A stretch of 64,000 bases of DNA from Macrostomum lignano (Eukaryota), in assembly GCA_002269645.1 (NCBI GenBank), contig NIVC01001621.1, positions 1-64,000 on the forward strand, given 5' to 3'. Numbering within the stretch: the stretch's first letter is position 1; every line of letters begins with the position of its first letter. Both the position numbers and the translations under genes were made by a program. Under the pieces are notes generated by a model. It had not been told where the DNA came from. It made no database searches and was given only the letters and a program-made list of their open reading frames with translations. Below, in pieces: positions 1 through 36,600 of this stretch.

Positions 1-166
1 TTATAACCGTAGATAACACATAATTATAGACTAAATATACAATTCATCATACATCGCTGCGCCATCAATATTATTGAAATTCGCGATATTTTATTTGCCA
101 TTAAATCTCTAATCCATATGATGACATTTGACTAACTAATGAGATAACTAAAATTTTGGTTAAATA

Positions 167-991
167 TACCTTTTCAACTTCGGATTCGTCAAAAGTGAGT
201 TCAAATTCGTCAGCGTATGCAAAACTATATAGCGCTCAAGGGGAAGAGAAGGAGTGTCTATGGTAAATTTTTAGAGAAAGTGACTTCGAATTCGTTTAAG
301 TAAATGAAATTCGTCAGTGCAACTACAGCCTGATCAGAAAAAGTGTTTGCTATGTCCATGGTAAGAAAAGGTGTCACAGCAAGGTGTCATAGCAGGAGCA
401 GCAGGAAAATCTGCAACAAGCTTTTGCTGCATTTCTTTGAGGGTCACAGTCGGCTTGGCTTCTTTTCCACATACCTCAACGCCTCGAGCACCCTCAGAAA
501 AGTTTAGTCTCACTGCACCTCCACGCACGTTAAGATCAATCCTACCTCATCAACATATCTCATGATGATGTCACTGGCAGTTGTCCTCTGATATCCAGTT
601 CAATTGCGAGTTGTCTCCAGTCTCGTCCTTGTTAAAAACATCGCATGAGTCTAGAGCGATCCACAGACGAAATTCTCATGTAGGGCATCTCTGACAACAA
701 TCAAAGCATAAAATGAAGATTTCAAGAAATTGGGCTACTTTTCCACAGACGAAATTCACTCACTTTCTTACTTAAATTTACCAGACACCTTTTCTTACCA
801 TGGTCAAAGCAAACACTTTTTCTGATCAGGCTGTATTTGCACTGACGAATTTCACTTACTTAGACGAATTCGAAGTCACTTTCTCTAAAAATTTACATAG
901 ACACTCCTTCTCTTCCCCTTGAGCGCTATATAGTTTTGCATACGCTGACGAATTTGAACTCACTTTTGACGAATCCGAAGTTGAAAAGGTA
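167..991. mobile_element. Non-autonomous Tc1/IS630-like element with about 210-bp TIRs
   Basis: 165-375 is the near-perfect reverse complement of 784-993; TA on both flanks; minus-strand interior KPTVTLKEMQQKL resembles the HTH remnant at 58595-58948. Confidence 0.7.
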
Positions 992-2753
992 TACTTAAAT
1001 CGATTAATATATAGAGCCCGATAGTTCGCTGCCAAGCATTTAAAGCTGACAGCCATATGACTGACAGCTATTTGACTGACAGCCAGTTGAAGCTGAGAGC
1101 CAGAACAGGTCAGGGTAGGCAGTCATAATGCCCCGAAAAAAAGACATTAAACTAACTAACGAAGGGCGAATTTATGGCATCTGGTGACTGCAAATATAAC
1201 TTGTAGGATGGGCTATAAATATAGCATTAATTAGTTTATTAATTATTATAATAATTGTGCAATTAGCCGCACTGATGCACAAAAATGTTTCAGTGGTAAA
1301 ATATATCGAATCCTATAGCTTACCAAGTACCGGTATACAACTCTAACTATACAGACAGACTCCGAGAGAGAACACACGACAAAAATGACAGAATGACAAA
1401 TTAATTATATATCATAATAATATAGTAAACTTAATATTTACAATTGCGTGGCTAGCAAGCAATACTAGTAGTTATAATATTAATTTTAGCGATTTATAGT
1501 ATTATTACAAAATGATAAATATTATCAATAGAGAGTTAAAAGAATTGAGTAATTTAGTAACATTAATAACAAGATTCAAGGGAGTTGCACAGGTATTTTG
1601 TAGACACAGCAAAGGAGGGGGTTACTTGTGTGCTTAGGATAATGCAAAAAATTGCAATAATCAATATAGACAATAACACAAATCATAATGCATGCAGTTA
1701 TGCATCCAACCTACTCTGTACAGCACTCTCGTCGCAAATTATTATTATTATTAATATTTCTATAAAAAATCTGAAAGAAAAAGCAAATACAGAAAAAAAG
1801 TATTCTGCAAGCTAAAACAGAGGTAAGCCGAGATGATCAACTCATGCATTTAAAACAAACTTTGATTCAGAATCTGCAGCAATATAGCCGCATCAGTGAG
1901 ACAGGATATTTCCTATTTTCAGCTATCCATGGTAATGCACATGCATAAAAGTACGGCTTTTTGCAGGCCAGTTGGGCTTTTGTCTATGGTAATGAAGGTG
2001 TGATGCTGCTGTGCCAGCCTTGCTACCATAGACAAAAGCTCCATCACGTATCTTGAATTAAATTTGCTAAGATTTCACTAAGATTTCTTTAGTGAAAAAA
2101 AAAACTTGTTTAGAGTTAAAAACAACAACAACAACTGCCATCTCTCAAGACTAGTTATTAGCGACAATAAAAATATAAATTAATTAAAGAGATTCTCAGG
2201 GCATGCAGATTGCGACTGTACAGTTAAAAAAAGAAAACGTGTACCGATATTACTCTCCACTCTGAACTACTGTTAGTAGCTAGCTAGGTAAAACAGCTAG
2301 ATAAAAAGCAAAATTGCACTTCATAACAATAAAATAATAATTAATAGCAAAAAAACAGGACAAAAAACAGCATTGACAGACCGACTGGCGGCGTGTTGAA
2401 GCATTGCACACCGCTTCTGTTGTAAAACAGATTTAACACAATTCTTTTAAACTAACGTTTAAGCAAATAATTAAAGCAATAAAATTGAAAACGCGTCATC
2501 ATTATTATCATGCATTTGTAAGGCGTTTGAACAACAGCTGCAGAATTCTCATAATACAGCCAATACACATGCATATTGTGGCCGTGACTAAGCTAGTAGA
2601 TTCATTGTGAAACAGACTCTCGTCAACAATATTACAGCCAATAAAAAAACAGGTTGGAAATTACCAGACCAATCTTCACAACTAACCTTACTGACAAAAG
2701 CAATACTGAATTCTGGCTATTAGATAAATATATAGGAACAACAATAAGCACTA

Positions 2754-24834
<22,081 letters not shown>

Positions 24835-27800
24835 TTTTGAGCTGATTTAGTCTGAGCTATCGCCTTTTATTAATTTGCTGTGCTGTGCTGTCAGGCGTTG
24901 CGATTTTTAAATTACCAACCGGTGCCAGTGGAAAGTAAAAGTACATTTGTGTACTTTATCAACTATTGCAGAGTGCAGGAAAAGTACACTTAGCACTAGC
25001 TGAATTGGTTGTTGTTTTAAATTATTTCCATTGATTTCATCGCTTATAATCATAAAATTATAAATATATGCTATCAATCAGTCAATAGCAATACTTTTAT
25101 AGGATGTTTATATTAAAAATTACCTGACCAGCACAACATAGTTTTCAACAAATATATGACATCCAAAGTTTGGTCATACACATTGAGACATTGCAGTGGT
25201 GTCTACTTTGATTGAATACATTTCAAAGATCATATAAGAGTTTAGTGGCTAGCCTTAAGGCACCTTTTTGGCACAGAAATCTATATGTACATACATATAC
25301 ATCAGTAGTATCAACACAGTGTTCTAATCTAACTTTTGTTCTAATGTAAATTTTTCTGCAGTGCTTTCAGCTGACAATGGCACACTTTATACATAAGTTT
25401 AAGTCATGTGCTATACTAAATAATGAATGGGATGGCAGCTGGTCTGACAGTAGATGGCTTATATCTAAAGCCTTGGTTGCAATCAATAAATCAAAATTAA
25501 AGACTTTCCCAAATTAGCATGCATCCATATTAGGTCTGATATAATATCCAAAATAGGCTAAAATCTACTTTTTATATACAATAGAATTTTCTAATATATA
25601 TTTGGTTTGGTATGCATTATGTACATTTAGTTTTGGTGTTTTGATATGCATTTAACATGATCCAAAGTATGGCCATGGCATGGGCTAAGGCATATACATA
25701 AAAGATATAATTAGATATTATATTATCAATATTTTAAGATACAAAGGCCCATGTATAACTGCTTGCTAATCTAGGCAATCTAGGTGACATAAATTGTAAA
25801 AAGCCAGGTTTAAATAAAAAATCATAACTTTTTAAGATTTATTCAACAAAATTTAGCTATATAAACAGATTTTATAATTTAAGATCTATCTAATAATTAA
25901 TTAAGTTAAAAAACTAAATTAATTGCATAGTTAAAACTAAGCCAAATGCAAATAATCTATATATGATCCTATCCTATCTAATTTCCAACAATTTGAGACT
26001 AGGTCATAATTGCAATCAATAATTTTAAAAGTATTATCTATATAGACAATTAGTAGATACTAAATTAATATCCTTTCTTAGTTTAAATAATAGATAAAAC
26101 AATTTTTTTTAGCCTTTATTAGCCCTAGGCCTATCTTTATAATAGTAAAGTTTTATTAGGTCTAATTGTTTATTTTAATATTTATATAACATTCTTTAAT
26201 TTTATGATATTAACATTTTGCATAAATTTTTTGCATAGGCTTAATACCTGGAAAAATAGTGAGAATTAAAATAGATTTAGGTCTAGCCATGATTGCAAAA
26301 ATTCTATAATTGTAGCTTATTAGAGCATGATCCTTACATTCACTTTTGTTATACAATATCCTAAATGGGCAATTGGTTAATAATATATTATAAAAAAGGT
26401 GAAAAGAGATATGGAAAAGAAATCAAAGACCCAAAAGTGAAAAAAACAGAGTTTCTGATTATTCTGCCTCATTTTTGCTTTTATATCTTTTTTTCACTTT
26501 TGTTTTACAATGTTTCATTAACAAATTATCCATTTAGGATATTAGGCCTAGGCCTATATAAAAGTAAATATAAGGATTATGTTCTGTTAAGCAATGAGTA
26601 GGCCTAGGATTTTGCAATTAGCTAGCCCTATGGCTATATCTTTTTTAATTCTTTATTCTTTTATTATTCTCTCTTATTGCTTATTTTGGCTTCCATATCC
26701 CTTCATTTTTATTTTATAATATATTAACAAATATCCATTTAGGGTATTGCGTTGTGTTATATAGGGGCCTAATAAAATAAATATAATAAGGATAGTACTC
26801 TATTTACTATTATGCTACAATAAACCTAGGTCTATCCTATCCAAGGACCTAGGCTAGAGCAGAGCCTATATTAGCATATCTTAGGCCCCCTAATCTCATA
26901 GCACTTGCACCTAGGTTGTAGGAGAGATTCATAATCATAGAATAGAATAGGCCTATCTAAATGCAAAGAAATATAATCTACAATTCTATATTATATAGAT
27001 AGGCCTAACTGATTCTAGATCTCTATCTAGTATAAAGGCATGTTTCTATATTTTTAATATAGACCTACTATGTATAGATATTAGATAACAAATTAACCCA
27101 GACCCAGGGTGGGCCGGTGGGGGAGCAGTCTGGGCAGAGTAATCTGTGCATGGGGGGGGTGCGACCTGTGGAGTGTGGACTGTGGTCTTGAACTGAAAAC
27201 CTCATCTAGCCCTCAAGTGGAAAAAGGTTGCCGACCCCTGGAGTAAGGCAAGGCCAAGGGGCAAGGGCTAGGGCTAAACTTTTATATATTAGGCCTATAT
27301 TATACGCCAGCAAGTATTATTTAGGTATGGGCTTAGGCCCCTATCAATAGGGGCCTAATATTTGACAAGGACAATTGGTTATCTGAACTTATTAATAATG
27401 GATAATAAATAGACGAATAGATACGGATCAGATTCACAACAATCACAGTTCGCAGTTTCTTATCCTAGGCTTTTATAAAAGCAATGTACTAGTACATTTT
27501 TGCTTTTTTCTGAAAGACTCAAAGTTGCAACACGGTATCCGGATTTTATTAAATCCGTCAGATAGCTTTAACAAACTTTTAATTAAAAAAATAATATATT
27601 GCAGAAATTAATTACATTGTTTACTTTTCCTACTTAAATAGTCAAATAATATAACTTTCATTCATAATATGGCAAAAGATAGTATAAGGCCAGCAAGCAT
27701 AATTTATAGCCCTTATAAAATTGTTGGCAGCTAACTCTCTACATTATAAAGCATAATAGCATTCTATATTATGATGGAATGCTAGGTAGGACTAACCTGC

Positions 27801-30800
27801 CAACTAATTTATTTTTTCTCTTAAAATCATGTGTGCAATGCGTGGAAGCTAGTAGGACGCTACATTCACTCGCAGTCGTGTTAAATATGGCGAAGACGTA
27901 TTGATCTTTAAATTTAAAGTAAATTTATGGATCTGTAGCATGTAGAAACGGAAAACATGTCTCTAAGTTGCTCAGAATATTATCTACTTCACTATAAAGC
28001 AACAGAAAACTTAACGAACAATAAAAGAACTGGTAGCTCTGTTAAAAGACGCCAAGACGCGTTTGCAATTCATATACTGCATGTAGATTTTCGGCCGAAC
28101 CCGCGAAATTTTTTACTAGTCTAGAAAAAACTGCAAGATTGATATTTTACGAGCGTAGGATGCACCAATACAATTACTATACTATACAATACAATAGCAG
28201 TTTTTAAGATTACTTTAATTTACTTAATTTACTTGTAATTAACGTACACGTGAAATTAATTATTGAAATTCACATTTTTTTCTACTGATAGTAGAAACAT
28301 AAGGAAAAATTCGGTACATGGTAATACCTATTTAAATGTATTCACATGTACCTTTATGTTTGTAGCATGAAATTTCAGATTTGGGTAATTAAGCATGTGC
28401 CAACGACATACGAGCTATACTATGATACAGTTTGGTCCACTGACTGCATTTATTTTTAGCTGTTGTAAAAAAGCGAAGTTGTGGCGGCCAGACCGGTGCA
28501 CGGCTGAGAGCGGGGACGCCTGTACACAGACGCCTGTAATTTTGCCCAGCCAGCCAGTTCGATCTGACTCACACCTCCCTATTCTCGTTAAATAAATGAT
28601 GATGCTTAAACAAATATACGCAAAATCTTTTTGCTCGCTTGCTATACCAGCTACCACTTGCAAGCCGCTTCAAAGTACAATAATGTATATAATAATCCTA
28701 ATCTAGCTGTGGAATATAGCTGGGTCAGACAAAGACAGAGGCAAACTCAGAACCTCAGCTAGATTTTAAGTGTAGAAAGTATGCAGACCAATTGATTACC
28801 AATTCTGTGACTGGAATACGATGCGCCGGCTGCCAATGTCTAACGATCGATGATGATGAAGATCGTTCTGATGAAGGCAATTTTGATTGGCCGATTAGCT
28901 GAATTTAACCAATTAACGATGTCCAGTTTACACGTATGAGTACAACATAGGCACGCACTCACAGTTATATATTAGAGGGTGTCAGATGTAGAGCAGCTCA
29001 CACAGCGGGTAAACGCGTACGTCTGACTCTCGCGCAACACTACCCCGATCGTTTGATTCCTTTGATCGTTCGATTAGAAAGTAAAAAAGCCACTGTGCAC
29101 CCTGTCTGAGCGTTTTTATGAGCATGTTCCCTAAAATTAATCAAGCAGACACAAACTCTCGCAAAACAAAACAACACACAAGTTGTCGCGTGATTAATTG
29201 AGCTACAATGAAGGTTCATGCAGAACCAACAGTACATCCCATCATATCTCGCGTGCTACTAGCGCGTGATCGAATGTGTTCCGCAGCTGTCATGGTCAGG
29301 GTTCCGCCCGGACACTTCTCAGATTTTGCGGTTCAGAGAGCCTATGTGACACTTTCATTCCGTCTAAGATTATTTATAAGATTAAGGCTGACAGGCTGCT
29401 ATATTCGTCATGCTATAAAAAATGGCGACTTTTGAACCATGTGATTAAAATTACATTTAGGCAGTGCTTTCAACATGGACAGATTAGTGTAGAAGAGAGG
29501 AGGCTATGCACGCGCAAATTCTGGACCTTCTGTGGCCTCCACCGTATTTACTCGTATATATACACCATTTTACCCTCGATTTTGAACAAGGAGAACTTCG
29601 AAACTGACAAACTCCTCTTCAATATTGACACTTTATGGTCGGGCACTCAAAATCTACAATCTGAATCAATATTGACAGATCAAGCTTCAATTTTGACAAA
29701 CTCTGGTTCAATTTTGACAATGCACGTTTAGTCAACTTCTCCTGGGAGAATTCGGTAACAAAGCAATCCAATGAAAGCCTGAACGGGGCTGAAGTGAGCT
29801 GTGCAAAATCAGCTTATTCTGATTTTGCTTTTTGGATCTACAAGTATTGATAAAATTTATTTTTCTCTATCCTTTACACACACAGACTAAAATAGCCTGT
29901 CTGGTTGGGCTGTAAGTCTGATTCTATTTTGACAGAGTTGCTTCAAAACTGACACTCTATGGTTTGTGTACCCAAAAAGTCCGCTTCATTTTTGACAACT
30001 CCGAATCAATATTGAACAGTTAACAATCGATTTTGACTAAGACATTTTTTGAAATAGATTTTGACAATTTTTACTAAGATTTCTCTCTTGAGGGGGGGTA
30101 CTTGCTAGTTGGGAGAGGGGGTACTGGCTGCATGTATCTACGAGTACATGTATGGGAATCTTTCTTTCTAGTCTATGGCCCAACCCCATTCAGCTCTATG
30201 CAAAACATCAAATCGTTTTTTGAAACTTTTTGGAAAACATAAAACATAGAAAACATAGAAAACATAATTATTGCAGTTTTAACACTTAGATGGCAAAATC
30301 TTATATTATAGTATTTATGAACTGTGTTACAATGAATAAATAGAGTTACATGAGTGCATTAATCAATGGGTTCATATTATAGTATTTATGAACTGTGTTA
30401 CAATGAATAAATAGAGTTACATGAGTGCATTAATCAATGGGTTCAGTTACAATGCTGATTGATGCCACTTAATTTAATAAAACATCAGAGATTTTCTGAC
30501 TTTATGGTATTAAGAGTGACGGTTTTGCACAAAAGGGTTATTTATACATGTTGCAAATGTACTTGACTGATATGCCTATAGAATGAGCCATTTTTAGAAG
30601 ATATGAGCACATGTAATCAGTATATGGGTGCCTGAATGTACGCAATCCAATGTATCACATTTTTGTAGTCAGTTTTAACAACAATAATCAAAGGTGCGCG
30701 ATGTGCCACATGCACAGAACACATTTTTAGTCAAATCACCCCCCCCCCAATCGGGGGGCAACAAGATTAAAGAGTCAAACAAGCCCGACGAATGACGACA

Positions 30801-30869
30801 TGCAGGAGCTCAACTTTTGCCACCTGTCTTGGACGTGATTTCCTGCACCGGCCTATAGAAGACACGGGT

Positions 30870-33285
30870 AGGGGCGCCCACCAAATGACAGGGGCGCCCA
30901 CCAAAAGACAGTGGTGCCCACCAAAAGACAGTGGTGCCCACCAAAAGACAGGGGCGCCCACCAAGAGACAGGGGCGCCCACCAAAAGACAGGGGCGCCCA
31001 CCAAGAGACAGGGGCGCCCACCAAGAGACAGTGGCGCCCACCTATAGACAGAGGCGCCCACCAATTAAGACACAGGGGCGCCCACCAAAAGATCGATAGG
31101 GGCGCCCACCAATTAAGACACAGGGGCGCCCACCAAGAGACAGCAGGGGCGCCCACCAAGAGACAGCAGGGGCGCCCACCAATTAAGAGACAGGGACAGG
31201 GGCGCCCACCAAAAGACGGGCGCCCACCAGTTAAGACACTGGGGCGCCCAACAATTAAGAGACAGGGGCGCCCACCAATTAAGACACTGGGGCGCCCAAC
31301 AATTAAGACACAGGGGCGCCCACCAATTAAGACACTGGGACGCCCACCAATTAAGACACAGGGGCGCCCACCAATTAAGACACAGGGGCGCCCACCAATT
31401 AAGACACAGGGGCGCCCAACAATTAAGACACAGGGGCGCCCACCAATTAAGACACAGGGGCGCCCAACAATTAAGACACAGGGGCGCCCACCAATTAAGA
31501 CACAGGGGCGCCCACCAATTAAGACACAGGGGCGCCCACCAATTAAGACACAGGGGCGCCCACCAATTAAGACACAGGGGCGCCCACCAATTAAGACACA
31601 GGGGCGCCCACCAATTAAGACACAGGGGCGCCCACCAATTAGGACACAGGGGCGCCCACCAATTAAGACACAGGGGCGCCCACCAATTAAGACACAGGGG
31701 CGCCCACCAATTAAGACACAGGGGCGCCCAACAATTAAGACACAGGGGCGCCCACCAATTAAGACACTGGGACGCCCACCAATTAAGACACAGGGGCGCC
31801 CACCAATTAAGACACAGGGGCGCCCACCAATTAAGACACAGGGGCGCCCAACAATTAAGACACAGGGGCGCCCACCAATTAAGACACAGGGGCGCCCAAC
31901 AATTAAGACACAGGGGCGCCCACCAATTAAGACACAGGGGCGCCCACCAATTAAGACACAGGGGCGCCCACCAATTAAGACACAGGGGCGCCCACCAATT
32001 AAGACACAGGGGCGCCCACCAATTAAGACACAGGGGCGCCCACCAATTAAGACACAGGGGCGCCCACCAATTAGGACACAGGGGCGCCCACCAATTAAGA
32101 CACAGGGGCGCCCACCAATTAAGACACAGGGGCGCCCACCAATTAAGACACAGGGGCGCCCAACAATTAAGACACAGGGGCGCCCACCAATTAAGACACA
32201 GGGGTGCCCACCAATTAAGACACAGGGGCGCCCACCAATTAAGACACAGGGGCGCCCACCAATTAAGACACAAGGGCGCCCAACAATTAAAACACAGGGG
32301 CGCCCACCAATTAAGACACAGGGGCGCCCACCAATTAAGACACAGGGGCGCCCAACAATTAAGACACAGGGGCGCCCACCAATTAAGACACAGGGGCGCT
32401 CACCAATTAAGACACAGGGGCGCCCACCAATTAAGACACAGGGGCGCCCACCAATTAAGACACAAGGGCGCCCAACAATTAAGACACAGGGGCGCCCATC
32501 AATTAAGACACAGGGGCGCCCACCAATTAAGACACAGGGGCGCCCACCAATTAAGACACAGGGGCGCCCAACAATTAAGACACAGGGGCGCCCACCAATT
32601 AAGACACAGGGGCGCCCAACAATTAAGACACAGGGGCGCCCACCAATTAAGACACAGGGGCGCCCACCAATTAAGACACAGGGGCGCCCACCAATTAAGA
32701 CACAGGGGCGCCCACCAATTAAGACACAGGGGCGCCCACCAATTAAGACACAGGGGCGCCCACCAATTAAGACACAGGGGCGCCCACCAATTAGGACACA
32801 GGGGCGCCCACCAATTAAGACACAGGGGCGCCCACCAATTAAGACACAGGGGCGCCCACCAATTAAGACACAGGGGCGCCCAACAATTAAGACACAGGGG
32901 CGCCCACCAATTAAGACACAGGGGTGCCCACCAATTAAGACACAGGGGCGCCCACCAATTAAGACACAGGGGCGCCCACCAATTAAGACACAAGGGCGCC
33001 CAACAATTAAGACACAGGGGCGCCCACCAATTAAGACACAGGGGCGCCCACCAATTAAGACACAGGGGCGCCCAACAATTAAGACACAGGGGCGCCCACC
33101 AATTAAGACACAGGGGCGCTCACCAATTAAGACACAGGGGCGCCCACCAATTAAGACACAGGGGCGCCCACCAATTAAGACACAAGGGCGCCCAACAATT
33201 AAGACACAGGGGCGCCCATCAATTAAGACACAGGGGCGCCCACAAATTAAGACACAGGGGCGCTCACTAAGAGACAGGGGCACCA
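30870..33285. repeat. 24-bp minisatellite, roughly 90-100 units
   Basis: Unit caccaattaagacacaggggcgcc; accounts for the 857- and 873-aa ORFs. Confidence 0.98.
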
Positions 33286-33367
33286 ACCAAGACATCAAAT
33301 ATTGGTGCCCTTTCAGTTTCCGACCCTCTCCAATTAGCATTCTCTACAGTCTACTTCCTGCCTGTGC

Positions 33368-33627
33368 TCAGTGCAACTCAGACAAGTTATTCAGAAGCAG
33401 CGGCTTCTGCTGACTTCTGGCTCCGGTTGCAGCTGTCGCACGGGTCTGTGCCCCCGCACGATTGGCACGTCGCACCTGACAGGTGAGGATGCGACCGAAT
33501 GCCCGACGGAAGTCGCGGTTCCAGCAGGCGTAGATGACCGGATTGCAGAGCGAGTTGCAGTAGCCCAGCCAGAAGGCCACCTTGAATGCCAGCTCGGGAA
33601 TGGCACAGGACTTGCAGAAGATCCATT
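33368..33627 (-). CDS. GPCR exon 3 (ECL3, TM7, C-tail)
   Basis: [43 protein letters not shown]; TGA at 33368-33370. Confidence 0.92.
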
Positions 33628-36600
33628 CTAGATGGGAGAGGAGGGGAATGCAAGTTGCTGGAGCGAATGACTGTGCCTGCCTGCCCTTACAATCAATCAG
33701 CTGGCACCGCGGCCTGCCCCACCCCCTCCAGCCTGCCCCACCCGCCTCCAGCCTGCCCCACCGCCCTCCAGCCTGCCCCACCCCCTCCAGCCTGCCCCAT
33801 CCCCCTCCAGCCTACCCTACCCCACCCCACCCCTGTAGCACCAACATCTCACCTGTGGCACTAAAAGACGCACTAAACACCACACATTATTAAAAGTATG
33901 CACTTTACGTCAAATCAGTATATGCAAATCTGCATACTGAAAATAATATCGTACGAGCAGGTCTCTACTGAGCTAAGATTCGCCCAACTCACTGAACGGA
34001 TAGAGGAAAAAGAACGGCAGCCAGCAGACAATGAAGACGCCGACAACTATGCCGAGCGTTTTTGCTGCTTTTTTCTCGCGTCGAAATCTGGCCAGCTTGC
34101 CTGAAATTCATGAATTTGTGAATAAGATGAATCACGTAGTTAATTGACTAATAAGACTTCTCGGTCTGACGCACGTCCCTGATTGGCTGGCCAATCAGCG
34201 AGCGAAGGCCTCAGAGGCGTATTGGGTTAGGCCATGCTTTCTCAGCCAATAGAATTCCTTAAAGTTAGTATTGGAACCCCATAAGTAATCGCGAGTCGCT
34301 AGGCCTGCCATAACACCCCTCCGGCCTGCCCCAACACCCCTCCAGCCTGCCCCAACACCCCTCCGGCCTGCCCCAACACCCCTCCGGCCTGCCCCAACAC
34401 CCCTCCGGCCTGCCCCAACACCCCTCCGGCCTGCCCCAACACCCCTCCGGCCTGCCCCAACACCCCTCCGGCCTGCCCCAACACCCCTCCGGCCTGCCCC
34501 AACACCCCTCCGGCCTGCCCCAACACCCCTCCGGCCTGCCCCAACACCCCTCCGGCCTGCCCCAACACCCCTCCGGCCTGCCCCAACACCCCTCCGGCCT
34601 GCCCCAACACCCCTCCGGCCTGCCCCAACACCCCTCCGGCCTGCCCCAACACCCCTCCGGCCTGTCCAACCACACCCCTTCGGCCTGCCCCAACACCCCT
34701 CCGGCCTGCCCAACCACACCCCTTCGGCCTGCCCCAACACCCCTCTGGCCTGCCCCAACTACCTCCAGCCAGTGGGCATCCATCGCTTCTAGATAAACCA
34801 AACTAGCTTAAGTAAGCACAAAGGGTTTAATTAAGGACTAGAGGTGGCGAAAACACTGTCACCGTTAGATCTGGATAAATTCAAATAAATGTTATGATTC
34901 GTGCATTGTGTTCTTCAAGCTGTACGCTCTTATATAACACAGGCTATATACTCGTAGTACTAAAAAGCATACTACTAAAATAATATTAATAATTGGTTAC
35001 ACCTGCCCTAATGAGCAGATGTGCAACCGACAGCTCAGCCGCAGCTATTGCGCGGCGCATCTGAAGGCTGCGTACGGCTGTTCAGTCAAAGACTGGGGGG
35101 GGGGGGTCGCCAAACACAGCCTCAATTACCCCAGCTAATGCTGGCACCCATTTTACAGCTGGGTGAACTGAAGCAATGCAGAGTTATAAGTGTCTTGCTA
35201 AAGGACGCAAGTTATCGTCCGAGTGGGTCGAGAATCGAACCTCCGACCTTTCAGTCGTGAGTCCGACGCTCTAGATCTTAACCACTAGGCTACAACCACG
35301 ATGCTAAGAGCTACAAAGAGCAGTAATAAAGCAGAATAATAGCAAATAAAAAAGTAATTAAATCTAAATAGCCAAATACCAAGTCAAAGTAAAATTTGTG
35401 AAAAGTGCAATTCATTTAGCATTCGAAGTGAACTGCATCAAAGCTACTAGAAGCCATGCTATCAATAGACCATCAGTAATTCTAAGATAAAGCTTGCATG
35501 GTAGAACATTGATGAGCGGTCCTGATGACTCACTATGCAGCACAGCCCGTACTGTCATTATGTCGGACTGCATTCTTTCTGAAATCAATTATTTTTTAGA
35601 GTGTTACTAAAAGATGGAAAATTTCTTGAGGCTTCAAAAAACATCTGACACACTTGACTGCAGTAATTGACTGCCGACCCTATAACCCTAACCTAAACCC
35701 CAACCTAAACCTCAATCTAAATTCTAACCTAAATTCCAACCTAAAACCTAAGCTAAACCGGTGAACCCTAACCTAAATCCTAACCTAAATTCCTAACCTA
35801 AATCTTCATCTAAACCCTAACCTAAATTTTAGTTTAAACACTAAAATAAGCCCTAACCTAAATCCTAACCTAAATGCTAACCTAAATCCCTAACCTAAAT
35901 CCCTAACCTAAATCCCTAACCTAAATCCCTAACCTAACCGAATTTCGTAACTCAAATCCTCATCTTCATCTAAGCCCTAACCTAAATATTAGCTTTAACA
36001 CTTAACTAAAAACTCTATCCTAAATCATACCCTAAATCCTAACCTAAATTATAACCTAAATCCTTAACCTAATTTCCTAACCTAATTCTTCATCTAAAGC
36101 TAACCTAAATCTTCATCTAAATCCTAATCTAGTCCCTAAGCTAACCACTAATCTGCCGAGCACGCTATACTGTGCCCAAACGACCTCAAAAGTCAATAAT
36201 GATGATGAGTTATATTTCCAGAAAATGACTTTGAACCATGCAAAAGACTTTGAAAAAAGCTTGAGAACTAACACTGCTTATCGATCCGATGGGGCACAAA
36301 AACAGCAGGCTCTCATTATAGTCTTACTTCTTTATAACAAAGCTAAACTAAGCTACTTGTTGTAGAGATCCAGCATTCAACTGTTCATTACTGACTCAAA
36401 TTTGCTAAAGTGATCTCAAATCGAGCCCAGAATTAGTTGCAAGTCTTTTTGCATCAAATAATTACATGTATTATTTAACAGCTCTAATGTATTATCCTAA
36501 AACATTTGCAGCTTAAGAGATTTAGAGGATAAAGCTACATGGCATATTGCATGAATTATTCACTCACAGATGTACCCCTGCATGTATATAAAAAATGAAA

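Noticed and set aside
27105-27240. hAT-like MITE (right end aggttgccgacccctg)
   Set aside because: Left end is degenerate and there is no matching 8-bp TSD, so only a probable remnant.
30767-33413. 857- and 873-aa ORFs, and similar long ORFs at 3128-3739, 4169-5443, 18083-18702, 34195-34801, 41506-42527, 45877-46443, 61218-62001
   Set aside because: They are translations of tandem repeats with stop-free units, open on both strands, with no domain content.
34195-34262. SAM-like peptide [15 protein letters not shown]
   Set aside because: Short, ends in a stop, lacks a convincing splice context and lies in a GPCR intron; probably chance.
35230-35297. Possible tRNA gene
   Set aside because: A and B boxes are present but continue into a SINE body repeated four times, with no acceptor stem closure.
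35680-36150. Interstitial telomere
   Set aside because: Units are degenerate aacctaaatcc rather than TTAGGG arrays; more like repeat-internal low complexity.
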